A stretch of DNA of 64,000 bases from Minisyncoccota bacterium (GTDB lineage: Bacteria; Patescibacteriota; Minisyncoccia; Phycocordibacterales; UBA1006): NCBI GenBank assembly GCA_036405175.1, contig DASWYC010000002.1, positions 467,714-531,713 of the forward strand, written 5' to 3'. Shown here one piece after another: positions 38,416 through 47,844 of the stretch (within the stretch, counting starts at the first letter, position 1; each line of letters starts with the position of its first letter). The notes beneath the pieces are model-generated. The model saw only the letters and a program-made list of their open reading frames with translations. It had not been told where the DNA came from and did no database searches. A program made the position numbers and the translations under genes.

Positions 38416-40596
38416 CTATTTTTTTGGAAATACCAAGCTAAAGGTTACACCTGTTGCGCCATATTCCGGATTTGACTTAAACGTGAGTCCAAGATGAAGC
38501 GCATCAGCAATTTGTTTAGACATATACAAACCCAACCCGCTTCCTGAGTACGTATCTTTGATATTGGTTGCTCGATAAAACTTTTGGAAGATGTGTTCTG
38601 TTTCCCCTTCCGGAATTCCTGGCCCGCTGTCGCGCACCGAGAAAATAATTGATTGATTAGTATCTTCTATGGTAATACCAATCTTACTACCAAGTGGTGA
38701 ATATTTAATAGCATTTGAAATCAGGTTCTGAAGTACCATCTTAAGCATTTTTTCATCAGTTGTCACAACAGCCTGTGATGGTGCACCAGTCTCAACCGTA
38801 AGCTGTTTTTCGTTAATCATTGCCTGAGATTCTGCAATGAGCGCACTGCGCAGATCTTCCAGCTTTACTGCTTTAGTTTCAACCGAGAGCACACCAAGTT
38901 CGAGTTTAGAAATATTAAGAAGCATATTTACCATATCGATCATTCCTTGATTGGTGTCATGAATCATCGTGATTTGTTTTTTTACTTCACCATCAGAAAT
39001 TTTTTCAAGCAAGCTTTCTGATGCCCAACGAATAGCAGTCATTGGCGTACGTAGCTGATGTGAGGCAAACATAAAGAATTCCCCTTTCTTTTGTTCTGTC
39101 TGAGCTTCAACAGTAACATCATTCATCAAAAATACCATTCCCAAATATTCACCAAGTGCAATAATTGGTGCAGCAGATAGTGCAATATGCATTGTTACGT
39201 TCTTACCTTGCAATATCAACGGATGTTCAAGCGAATAGTATGAGAACTTATTCTGAGAAGCTACAAGTCCTGAAAGTGAAAAATTAGGATCGTCTTGTTT
39301 AATAATGGTAAATAACTGATTGAAGTCTCCACCTTGGAACACGCCAAAAAGCTCATTAAATTTTTTGTTACTACGCACAATCATATTGTTGGTATCAACC
39401 ACACACATAAGATCTCCGAGTGACGAAATAAGCGCATCGTCATTTGCCTTTTGACGCAACAGCTGCTTGTTGAGCACCTCAACACGACCAAGTGTATCGG
39501 TAAGCTCCCGCGTCTTCTCGGAAACTTTTTGCTCCAGCGATGAATATGATGAATACAAAGATCCCGCCATTTTATTAAACATCTGGATGATTGACTGAAA
39601 TTCAATCGTGCGTGATTCTCCTAATTGGATTTGAAAATTCCCTTTCTCAATAGAACTCAAGTTATCTACAATTGATCTAAGCGGTCTAATTAAATAGCGT
39701 CCAAGCATCATAATCTCGTAACTAAAAATTGTGAGCAAGAGCATGAGGCACGTAAGTCCCAGCAAGAAGTTGTTTGCGAATGAAGAATAGAGTGTTCGTG
39801 TATTTACGAGTCCAATGATTCTCCAGTTAGTATCTTCAAGTGGACGCACTGCAGCAATATAATGGGCACCAGTAAGCTTAAGATTAAAAACTTTATCAGC
39901 GTTACGTGTAATCGCCTCACCAAGCGAAGCATTTTTGAGCGCCATGGCATCATGTACATGTGACGATACAAGAATCTTTGCATCACGATCAATGATCATT
40001 ACCTGCTGATCATTTGATGTAATAACCGAAGGAATACCTTCCCACAACACATGTGTATCAACGTATCCAACAATAACACCCGCAACGTCATCAACATCTG
40101 CAGTTAATGGCACTGCAATTACCATAATGGTGCGTCCCCCGATATCTGCAGGATCAACCACAATAGTGCGTTTTTCTTGAAGTGCTTTTTGGGTAATATA
40201 TTCTTCCGCAGCCTGAAGCCCTTCGCTTATCACGTCATCCGGCATGCGATAATTTTTATAGACACTTGCAAGCCCAGTATTGTATACATTAATTCCTACA
40301 ATTGAAGGCTGGTTAGCAAAGAATGAACGTGTGTACGTAGTACGATCAGCATCACGCGTTGCCCAAATATATGAGCCCACAAAAGTAAGTTGTTCTTCCA
40401 TAGATGCAAGGACACCCGATACTACATCGGTGGTCTTATTAACCAATTCATACGGAGTTTGACGCACCAAATTACGATTCTCAACAAACGAGCGAATCGT
40501 CAATACACAAAGCACAATAACTACGCATCCCACTGAAAAAAGAAATGGTAATCCCAACTGGCGCAAAATTGTTTTAGGAGCGTTATTGGTGTTCAT
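38416..40596 (-). CDS. sensor histidine kinase (Cache-HAMP-PAS-HisKA-HATPase)
   Basis: Two TMs, ASHQLRTPM, NLISNAIKY, DSGPGI, GSGLGL. Confidence 0.93.
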   Translation of the reverse strand: MNTNNAPKTILRQLGLPFLFSVGCVVIVLCVLTIRSFVENRNLVRQTPYELVNKTTDVVSGVLASMEEQLTFVGSYIWATRDADRTTYTRSFFANQPSIVGINVYNTGLASVYKNYRMPDDVISEGLQAAEEYITQKALQEKRTIVVDPADIGGRTIMVIAVPLTADVDDVAGVIVGYVDTHVLWEGIPSVITSNDQQVMIIDRDAKILVSSHVHDAMALKNASLGEAITRNADKVFNLKLTGAHYIAAVRPLEDTNWRIIGLVNTRTLYSSFANNFLLGLTCLMLLLTIFSYEIMMLGRYLIRPLRSIVDNLSSIEKGNFQIQLGESRTIEFQSIIQMFNKMAGSLYSSYSSLEQKVSEKTRELTDTLGRVEVLNKQLLRQKANDDALISSLGDLMCVVDTNNMIVRSNKKFNELFGVFQGGDFNQLFTIIKQDDPNFSLSGLVASQNKFSYYSLEHPLILQGKNVTMHIALSAAPIIALGEYLGMVFLMNDVTVEAQTEQKKGEFFMFASHQLRTPMTAIRWASESLLEKISDGEVKKQITMIHDTNQGMIDMVNMLLNISKLELGVLSVETKAVKLEDLRSALIAESQAMINEKQLTVETGAPSQAVVTTDEKMLKMVLQNLISNAIKYSPLGSKIGITIEDTNQSIIFSVRDSGPGIPEGETEHIFQKFYRATNIKDTYSGSGLGLYMSKQIADALHLGLTFKSNPEYGATGVTFSLVFPKK

Positions 40597-41767
40597 ATAT
40601 ATATGAAGTTACATAATCAAGTGATTCATCGTTTAATTGGTACAGTGTAACCATGTTGTTTTTTATCTCACCCTGAGTGTCTAAGAAATTTCTTTGATAT
40701 GAACCATTAAATGATTTGAGTCGAGCCAATGCTGTCATATATGCCCCACGACTCACGCTTGAGGTGTTACGCATAATTTCAATAATTGCTGAGGCAGCGT
40801 CATATCCTGCCAATGCATATTTGTCTGGATCAGTATTGTATTTTTTATTAAATCGAGCAGTAAATTCTGGTGCATTGCGACGAGCAACTGCTTCATTACC
40901 CCCTAACCCAATTACATATATTGGATTAGTAAGCTGCTGCCCTGTAATAAAAATCTGGGATGTGCGATTAAATTCATGATTAAAAATAATGGGTATTGAA
41001 GTAGTTGCAAGTTGCTTAAGAATATTTGGCAATGTTGGATCATTAGGAGAAAGTCCAATGTAGACTCCTGTTCCCTTTTTTAATGATGAAACCAAAAATG
41101 ATTGAGGAGTCACCTGAGTAATCCCTAGACCCGTTTCTTGATGAAGCTCGTTATTACTCACTGCAACCAAACCTTGCAACTTCAGTGTCTCTACAATGTT
41201 CTGAAGCGCATACTCCTCCACCGTTTCATTTGGCACTACGCGAATACTTGAACGAAATCCTGTAGGAAATATCTTGGTAGTCATGGCACTGTTGGACTGA
41301 TCGGTATGATATACATCCGTAGCCGATGCAGTCGGAATATTCACAATGTATGACGTATTCAGAATTGGAGTAACAGCCTGTACGTTCATTTCATCAAGCG
41401 GTCCAATATATGCGATTACCCGCCCATCACGCGTAGCATCTTGTGCAGCTTGCACCTCTTGAGCTGCAACTGAGACACCAGAAATATTTCCTGTATCAAC
41501 AATCTCTGGAACCACCTTGCGCCCATTTACCACACTAAAATCATCAAATGCAAGCCGTACTCCATCAATAACTGACTGTCCCTGTTCACCATGTACAGGC
41601 ACGGCAATCACTACTTTTGCAATATTATTTCTCTGTGCCGAAACTTCACGCAAATTAAACCAGAGGGTTACACCGCACAACAATAACGAGAGTGTTACAC
41701 CCGTATAAAATCCTCGTTTTATCTTTTGTGATTCAAAGAAATCTTTGCGCGGAACCTCAGTATTCAT
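40583..41767 (-). CDS. branched-chain-amino-acid-type substrate-binding protein (membrane anchored)
   Basis: GQSVIDGVRLA, VIAYIGPL, F..RFNKKYNTDPDKYALAGYDA, FNG....FLDTQGE. Confidence 0.7.
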   Translation of the reverse strand: MNTEVPRKDFFESQKIKRGFYTGVTLSLLLCGVTLWFNLREVSAQRNNIAKVVIAVPVHGEQGQSVIDGVRLAFDDFSVVNGRKVVPEIVDTGNISGVSVAAQEVQAAQDATRDGRVIAYIGPLDEMNVQAVTPILNTSYIVNIPTASATDVYHTDQSNSAMTTKIFPTGFRSSIRVVPNETVEEYALQNIVETLKLQGLVAVSNNELHQETGLGITQVTPQSFLVSSLKKGTGVYIGLSPNDPTLPNILKQLATTSIPIIFNHEFNRTSQIFITGQQLTNPIYVIGLGGNEAVARRNAPEFTARFNKKYNTDPDKYALAGYDAASAIIEIMRNTSSVSRGAYMTALARLKSFNGSYQRNFLDTQGEIKNNMVTLYQLNDESLDYVTSYIYEHQ

Positions 41768-41854
41768 CTCTTCTATTGTAATATATGAAGGATTGGCAAA
41801 ATGAATAACCAAAATAGTTGTGCAACTTTTAGGGTAGGTAGTATACTAATAGGC

Positions 41855-42448
41855 ATGAACCCTAACCAAGCTCAAACTCCAGGAACAAAAGAGTCAGATG
41901 ATTCTTTCATGAGATTTATTTTTATCGTAATGCTTATTGCCCTCCCTATTCGCATCTTCATTTTTTGGCCATTCGTAGTGAGTGGCGAATCAATGGTGCC
42001 AACATTCCAAGATAAGCAATACCTTATTATTGATAAACTTCATTTTAAGCTTCATGATATTGAGCGTGGCGACGTAGTGATCTTTAAATATCCAAAAGAT
42101 CCTTCTCGCTATTTCATTAAGCGTATTATTGGTCTTCCTAATGAAACCGTATTGGTAAAAAATGGTGTGGTTACTATTTCTGATCAATCAAAGCAACATA
42201 TTATTACGTTGAATGAACCATATATTTCTGAAACCACGAATGGTTCAAGCGAAATCACACTTGCTGACGATGAATATTTTGTAATGGGAGATAATCGTCC
42301 ACAAAGTTCTGATTCACGTGTATGGGGTCCTGTTCAAAAAGATCTTATCGTAGGACGTGCTGCCGCTCGCCTCTTCCCACTTTCATCTGCCGATATTCTT
42401 CCTGGCGAGTATCACTACCTGCTCGATTCAAAAGAAACTGCTAAGTAA
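41855..42448 (+). CDS. lepB: signal peptidase I
   Basis: SGESMVPT, FIKRIIGLP, GDNRPQSSDSR. Confidence 0.95.
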   Translation: MNPNQAQTPGTKESDDSFMRFIFIVMLIALPIRIFIFWPFVVSGESMVPTFQDKQYLIIDKLHFKLHDIERGDVVIFKYPKDPSRYFIKRIIGLPNETVLVKNGVVTISDQSKQHIITLNEPYISETTNGSSEITLADDEYFVMGDNRPQSSDSRVWGPVQKDLIVGRAAARLFPLSSADILPGEYHYLLDSKETAK

Positions 42449-42450
42449 TT

Positions 42451-43692
42451 GTGCGTATGACTTCAAAATCTTCATCCACCACGAAAGCTCCACCCCTTGC
42501 ATCGGTTGCAAACGCAAAGAACCGCCTTATTGAAACACAAGCAATTTTGGAAAAAGCTCATGAGATCGCGCTCTTCTACGGATTTGAAACGACCATCCTA
42601 CCAAGTATTGAGCCCTCACTCTTTGCACGTGAAAAGAAGTCTCACTACTCTCTTTCGCTTGGTCGCCAGAAAGACTACCAATTTACCACCGATGCAACCC
42701 TTTCTCTTCTTTCAATGAAGACAGCGTCGGTTGATCCTAAAAATCCTCTCTATACATTTTCACTCTTGCCAAAGATTTCTATTGAAGATGGTGTGATTGC
42801 CTCATCATTTGACATTCGTTTTGATATTCATAATTCGGCTAAGCCGGTTTCTGATGCCATTGTTATTGGAACTACCATGAAGCTTCTTGATGCCATTAAG
42901 GTTAAAAACGTAACGCTTAAAATCGGCACCGTTGGCGATAAAGACTCAAAAGTTGCCCACGAAAAAGAAATTAAATCTTTCCTTAAAAAGAGTCTTTCAA
43001 AAATGGATCCAAAAGATAAGGACTTGTACAAGGTGTCGCCTCTTTCTATTCTCTTTTCTGAACATGAAAAAACAAAAGAGGTACTTAAGCATTTACCGGA
43101 CACCATGAACACCCTCTCTCCTCAAGCTAAATCATTCTTTAAGAATTTAATTGAATATTTAGAGGAAACTCAGATTGCCTATGAGTTTAATCCAACATTT
43201 ACCTTTGGCGATCCGTTGGTGTATCACACGGTATTTGAAGTAGTTCACAATGAAACGCTTCAGGTATTAGCGCGTGGGTATAGATATGGTGAAGGGCTCA
43301 AACAATACGGCATTACCAAAGAACTCCCATCTATTGGTGTACAGATATTTATTGATACCATCATCATGCAACCTGATTGGGGTGAAGTTAAGTCACGCAT
43401 TGCCCCACAAGCAAAGTTCTACTTTATTCAATGCGGCATTGATGCTAAATTGAAGAGCTTGCCGATTTTGGAAGAGCTTCGCACCTCAAACATTTCAGTA
43501 CTTCAATCTATTACCGAGGACTCACTTTCTAAACAATTGGAAGCTGTTGAGAAGAATGAGATCCCCTATGTGCTTATCTTTGGGCAAAAAGAAGCCATTG
43601 ATGGAACGGTATTAGTAAGGACGATGAAAACTCGCGCACAGGTGGCGGTAAAAATCAAAGAATTGGTAAAACACTTAAAGGGGCTTAAATAG
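42451..43692 (+). CDS. degenerate histidyl-tRNA synthetase paralogue
   Basis: HisRS-like insertion domain and C-terminal anticodon-binding domain (KQLEAVEK..IPYVLIFGQKEA..GTV.VR.M). Motif 2 RxER and GGRYD are degenerate (ARGYRYGE). Confidence 0.7.
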   Translation: MRMTSKSSSTTKAPPLASVANAKNRLIETQAILEKAHEIALFYGFETTILPSIEPSLFAREKKSHYSLSLGRQKDYQFTTDATLSLLSMKTASVDPKNPLYTFSLLPKISIEDGVIASSFDIRFDIHNSAKPVSDAIVIGTTMKLLDAIKVKNVTLKIGTVGDKDSKVAHEKEIKSFLKKSLSKMDPKDKDLYKVSPLSILFSEHEKTKEVLKHLPDTMNTLSPQAKSFFKNLIEYLEETQIAYEFNPTFTFGDPLVYHTVFEVVHNETLQVLARGYRYGEGLKQYGITKELPSIGVQIFIDTIIMQPDWGEVKSRIAPQAKFYFIQCGIDAKLKSLPILEELRTSNISVLQSITEDSLSKQLEAVEKNEIPYVLIFGQKEAIDGTVLVRTMKTRAQVAVKIKELVKHLKGLK

Positions 43693-43729
43693 CCTCTTTT
43701 GCTCATCTTGGGATATGTGATATTCTCTG

Positions 43730-43926
43730 AATACAGATAAACAGTCATGGTACAGTTCGGTTCGAATCCGAGATCTGGACTCTTCCTAGGACAAGCTCAG
43801 CTATGTATCAGCCACTCAGAGGAACGCAAACTGTTCCGCTCTCATGAAGACCTGAGTAGACTACGAGAATAGGAGTTCAATATGCATGAGTGCAGACAGG
43901 GATTTTTATGAAGAGTTGTCTGTATT
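43730..43926 (+). ncRNA. 6S RNA-like rod with central bubble
   Basis: Pairings 43730-40/43916-26, 43745-50/43906-11, 43776-84/43871-79, 43795-800/43852-57 and 43821-25/43833-37. Promoter TTGCTC-16-TATTCT upstream, terminator downstream. Confidence 0.6.
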
Positions 43927-43927
43927 T

Positions 43928-43953
43928 GGGTAGACACTACGTCTACCCTTTTT
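43928..43953 (+). terminator. intrinsic terminator
   Basis: GGGTAGAC-ACTAC-GTCTACCC-TTTTT. Confidence 0.8.
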
Positions 43954-43989
43954 CATTGCCTAATCGTTAAAAATCAGTATACTTTTTGC

Positions 43990-44526
43990 ATGCTTTCACT
44001 TATTGAAGAAACATCACCTATTCTCCATAATGCGTCTCGTGACGTTACTGATACTGAATTTAAGACAGCCGAGCTTAAGCAAACTATTGACGATATGTTT
44101 GCACTTTTGCGTGCAAAAAAAGACGGAGTTGCACTTGCCGCCCCTCAAGCTGGTATTGCTCAACGAATTTTCATTATCACTCCTGATATTTTTAAAAACC
44201 CAGATTCACACGAGCTGGTGTACATTAATCCCAAGGTCATCTCACTTTCAAAAGAGCAGGTACTCATGGAAGAAGGCTGCTTGTCTGTTCCCTATATCTT
44301 TGGAAAGACCAAGCGTTCAATACAGGCAACTATTGAAGCGTATCGCGTAGATGGAACAAAATTTACAAAGTCTGGCACTGGATTGTTGGCACAAATCTTT
44401 CAACATGAGACGGACCATCTTGATGGCATTCTTTTCAATACTCATGCAACTCATCTTCACAAGCTAACCCCAGAAGAAATTCTTCGCTTTGAACAGGAGG
44501 ATTACACCATTAATCCAATGTATTAA
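43990..44526 (+). CDS. def: peptide deformylase
   Basis: GVALAAPQ, EGCLSV, QHETDHLDG. Confidence 0.96.
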   Translation: MLSLIEETSPILHNASRDVTDTEFKTAELKQTIDDMFALLRAKKDGVALAAPQAGIAQRIFIITPDIFKNPDSHELVYINPKVISLSKEQVLMEEGCLSVPYIFGKTKRSIQATIEAYRVDGTKFTKSGTGLLAQIFQHETDHLDGILFNTHATHLHKLTPEEILRFEQEDYTINPMY

Positions 44527-44529
44527 TAT

Positions 44530-45372
44530 ATGAACGCGCCTCGTATTATCTTTTTTGGAACACCGGAGCTATGTACTACCTATTTGGATTCTCTCACGAG
44601 TGCCGGATTTGGACCTGCATTGATTATTACTACTCCTGATAAACCAGTTGGACGCAAACAGGTCATGACTCCTCCACCAGTTAAAGTATGGGCCATTGAT
44701 CATGGCATCGAATTTCTTCAGCCGGAAAAACTTACACCGGAATTTATTGCAGAAGTTGCATCACGTGAAAAGTTTGATTTAGCAATTGTGATTGCTTATG
44801 GAAAGATTCTCAAAGAAGCACTTATTAATCTTCCAGCCCATGGAACATTAAATGTTCATTACTCTTTGCTCCCTCGTCATCGTGGTGCATCACCAACAGA
44901 AGCAACTATTCTTGCTGGCGATGAAGAAGGCGGTGTAACGATTCAGAAAATGGTGTTTGAGCTTGATGCAGGAGATATTGTTTCTCAGGCAAAAATTCCG
45001 CTTGAAGGAAACGAGTTTAAAGATGAACTGCTTGGCGTACTTACCGATATCGGTGCCGAGTTGCTTCTTGAAACTATTCCCCCGTACATGAATGGCGATA
45101 TTACCCTAGAACCTCAAGCTACCGATGGTATAACCATGTGCACCAAGATTTCAAAGGAGGATGGGCGCGTTGACCCCAGGTCTGATGATGCACATACACT
45201 TTGGCGTAAATATAGAGCTTATTATGGCTGGCCAGGAATCTTTTATATGCTTGATGAGAAGCGTGTAAAAATTACTGAAGCATCGTTTGTAGATGAGAAG
45301 TTTATTATCGAAAAGATTGTTATTGAAGGAGAAACAGAAACAGATTTTGATGAGCGGATTCATTTAAATTAA
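44530..45372 (+). CDS. fmt: methionyl-tRNA formyltransferase
   Basis: FFGTP, PDKPVGRKQ, NVHYSLLPRHRGASP, ELDAGD. Confidence 0.95.
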   Translation: MNAPRIIFFGTPELCTTYLDSLTSAGFGPALIITTPDKPVGRKQVMTPPPVKVWAIDHGIEFLQPEKLTPEFIAEVASREKFDLAIVIAYGKILKEALINLPAHGTLNVHYSLLPRHRGASPTEATILAGDEEGGVTIQKMVFELDAGDIVSQAKIPLEGNEFKDELLGVLTDIGAELLLETIPPYMNGDITLEPQATDGITMCTKISKEDGRVDPRSDDAHTLWRKYRAYYGWPGIFYMLDEKRVKITEASFVDEKFIIEKIVIEGETETDFDERIHLN

Positions 45373-45380
45373 AAGCAAGA

Positions 45381-45421
45381 GATTGAAACAGGCGCGACCT
45401 TCGGTCGCGCCTGTTTCAATC
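45381..45421. repeat. perfect 19-bp palindrome between convergent genes
   Basis: GATTGAAACAGGCGCGACC-TTC-GGTCGCGCCTGTTTCAATC. Confidence 0.75.
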
Positions 45422-45424
45422 ATC

Positions 45425-45943
45425 TTAACTATGCGGAAAATCTTTATACTTCACTCGCTCAACGACTGCACTAAAATATGGATCGGTCGCAAGCGGCGCC
45501 ACCATTGCTCCGCTGCTTTGTCTACAACTACTAAAGCCGCGCGCAAACATCATTGATTGGCTCCCCTGACTACCCAATGTGCTCCCATTAAGATCATAAT
45601 AGATAATTGCCTGAGCACAGGTTCCTGTTGTGGTATCAATCATACCCGTCAACATACGATATTTAAAGGTCCCATTTGTGCCTGATGTATATGAAGCCGA
45701 ATTTCCATTACATGTATATCCTGACGATGGCCATGTTGCGTTATTGAGTCGATCGTATCTAAATGCACACTCCATCATTGCATCAAGTGCCTCATAGGCA
45801 TTATTTTTATTCTGTGTAGTAATAGTTTGCATAGCACGAGATTTACCAATCTCGGTGATTGAAACGAACGCAAGCGAAAGAACACCAATCACTACAATCA
45901 CATACAAGAGCGCAATTCCTTTTTGAGATTTAAGATTATTCAT
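45425..45943 (-). CDS. PilX-like minor pilin
   Basis: QKG/IALLY cleavage site without E5; last gene of the pilin block. Confidence 0.7.
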   Translation of the reverse strand: MNNLKSQKGIALLYVIVVIGVLSLAFVSITEIGKSRAMQTITTQNKNNAYEALDAMMECAFRYDRLNNATWPSSGYTCNGNSASYTSGTNGTFKYRMLTGMIDTTTGTCAQAIIYYDLNGSTLGSQGSQSMMFARGFSSCRQSSGAMVAPLATDPYFSAVVERVKYKDFPHS

Positions 45944-46448
45944 ACCAGTTTGTAAAAATCGCTTTAGCTGCCACCGACTGAGTACTGCCCCGCTCTTGAT
46001 ATGTCACGGTTGAATTTACGCGAATTTCTGAAGGTCGTCCATTTGAGTCTGTGTTTAACGTATCAACTGTAATAGTACGTGTAAATGGCGAAGCTGTTGT
46101 TGCAGCTGCCTGATGTCCATATCCAAGTGCGCTTATTTTAAGTGCCGGACATGTTCCTGAACACGGCTTAAGCTCCGGGAGCGCAGCTCCGTCATTTACT
46201 ACATAGCATGGGACACTTGCCGTACACGTATTAATCGTTAAGTAGAAAAGTTTTTGTTGAAGAAGATTTGAATCTTTAATTGCACGAACTAATTCTGTCC
46301 CCTCTTCTGCAAGTAGCTCAGCCTGAATACGTACATCAGAACCAACCGTAGTGCGCAATGAATTTCCTAGTGCAAAAATTACTCCTGTTGTTACAAGCAT
46401 CAAAATGGTTACTGCGATTAATGTTTCAATAATGGTAAATCCTTTCAT
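45936..46448 (-). CDS. PilV-like minor pilin
   Basis: MKG/FTIIE; AELLAEEGTE.VR; start at ATG 46448. Confidence 0.8.
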   Translation of the reverse strand: MKGFTIIETLIAVTILMLVTTGVIFALGNSLRTTVGSDVRIQAELLAEEGTELVRAIKDSNLLQQKLFYLTINTCTASVPCYVVNDGAALPELKPCSGTCPALKISALGYGHQAAATTASPFTRTITVDTLNTDSNGRPSEIRVNSTVTYQERGSTQSVAAKAIFTNWYE

Positions 46449-46449
46449 A

Positions 46450-47136
46450 CTATTGCCATGTACTATTATATACATTTTGAATATTAACAATATTTCGTGA
46501 CTCGACCGTAAACTGGAATGTATAGTCTTTTGATGTGCCTCCAGCTGGAACAATGGTTCGTGCACGCATGAGCACGGTCACACGTGGGTGTACCGTCTTC
46601 TCTCCAATCTCGCCATCACCAATTGGTTTAAAACAAATTGAGTATACAGAAAGATCTTTAACGAGTGGCAACATCACCGTGTATTTTGTTGGATCAGCAG
46701 AATCAACATCAGTAGTAAGAACTAAACGCACGGTCTGCTGGTTGGCACTTGGAATATTAACCTTTTGAGTTGTTAAAAGATAGAGTGTCTGTTCATATCC
46801 ATCTTCCATAACATGATCAAGGTCATCATCCAACATTCCTATAGTCTCACCAAATCCCTGTGCTCCATCGCAGGCACTATTTGCTCCAAAGTTCTGCGCT
46901 GTTCCTAAATCAATCAGTTTGTATCCTGTATATTTTCTAAGTTCATTTTTGATTGAAAAGAGTGACTCGCTAAAATTCACCACGTAGTCCTGCTCTTTTT
47001 GAGATTTGCGCTGCGCACTCATGATTGTTGCAATAAGCCCCATTGCAGACAACGTAATAATTAAAAAGACTGTGATAGCAACCATCATTTCAACCAAAGT
47101 AAATCCTTTCAATTTTTTAATGATTTTTATAGACAT
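46450..47136 (-). CDS. PilW-like minor pilin
   Basis: LKG/FTLVE; start at ATG 47136. Confidence 0.8.
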   Translation of the reverse strand: MSIKIIKKLKGFTLVEMMVAITVFLIITLSAMGLIATIMSAQRKSQKEQDYVVNFSESLFSIKNELRKYTGYKLIDLGTAQNFGANSACDGAQGFGETIGMLDDDLDHVMEDGYEQTLYLLTTQKVNIPSANQQTVRLVLTTDVDSADPTKYTVMLPLVKDLSVYSICFKPIGDGEIGEKTVHPRVTVLMRARTIVPAGGTSKDYTFQFTVESRNIVNIQNVYNSTWQ

Positions 47137-47813
47137 ACTTGAGTAGTGCAGGCGCGACCAATAACCATCCCTCCATATGGAGACAATGTAATTGTGTACC
47201 ACAATGGTTGAAGTGGTGTTTTAAAGCTGAGTCGTATTCCTCTGCCAGAGTAGTAATCGGTGCCGGTCGAACTTGCAAAGAATGCGTACGGCCGCTCATT
47301 TGAGCCATGGTACGCCAAAGAAACTCCCTGCTGAAGCTGAGTTCCTGCTGTTGCCGTAGCTTCACAGTTAGCATGCGAGTCGCTCACAAAACATACTGAA
47401 TCAAATACTACACCAGGTGGAATGGTAATCGTTTTATAGATAGTATCACCGCCAGAAGCACTATACGCAAAAGAACCATACTGGGTTTTACTATAGCTTC
47501 CCGCTTTGCGATACAACGAAATGGTATTTCCTTGAACCAAAATACCACGCACTCCAGCAATATTTGCTGATGTACTTGGTGTATATTCCGCAAGTGATGC
47601 CGTACGGAATGACGCCAAGTCTGCGTATGAGCTTGCACGTACGGCGCCTTGTCCATATACGCTTGGCGTAAGTCCGCTCTGAACCTCAGAAATAAATGCT
47701 GCAATTTCTCCTTTACGAAGTGCATTTTGATAACTAAACACCCCAACAATGGTGAGTATTCCCAAAATCAGAAATACAACGAGCATTTCCGCAAGCGTAA
47801 AAGCTTTTTTCAT
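47127..47813 (-). CDS. FimT/GspH-like minor pilin
   Basis: KKA/FTLAE; C-terminal ITLSPYGG. Confidence 0.75.
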   Translation of the reverse strand: MKKAFTLAEMLVVFLILGILTIVGVFSYQNALRKGEIAAFISEVQSGLTPSVYGQGAVRASSYADLASFRTASLAEYTPSTSANIAGVRGILVQGNTISLYRKAGSYSKTQYGSFAYSASGGDTIYKTITIPPGVVFDSVCFVSDSHANCEATATAGTQLQQGVSLAYHGSNERPYAFFASSTGTDYYSGRGIRLSFKTPLQPLWYTITLSPYGGMVIGRACTTQVCL

Positions 47814-47844
47814 AACTTTAGTATACCACTGGCAATGTTCATAA

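Noticed and set aside
43734-43780. A fourth tRNA gene at the GGTTCGAATCC motif
   Set aside because: Only ~17 nt lie between the acceptor-like strand and the T arm, with no D or anticodon arm; treated as part of the larger ncRNA.
45381-45943. Diversity-generating retroelement target (GNA-loop hairpin right after a pilin 3' end)
   Set aside because: No reverse transcriptase and no template/variable repeat pair with adenine-specific mismatches in the window; similar hairpins follow housekeeping genes.
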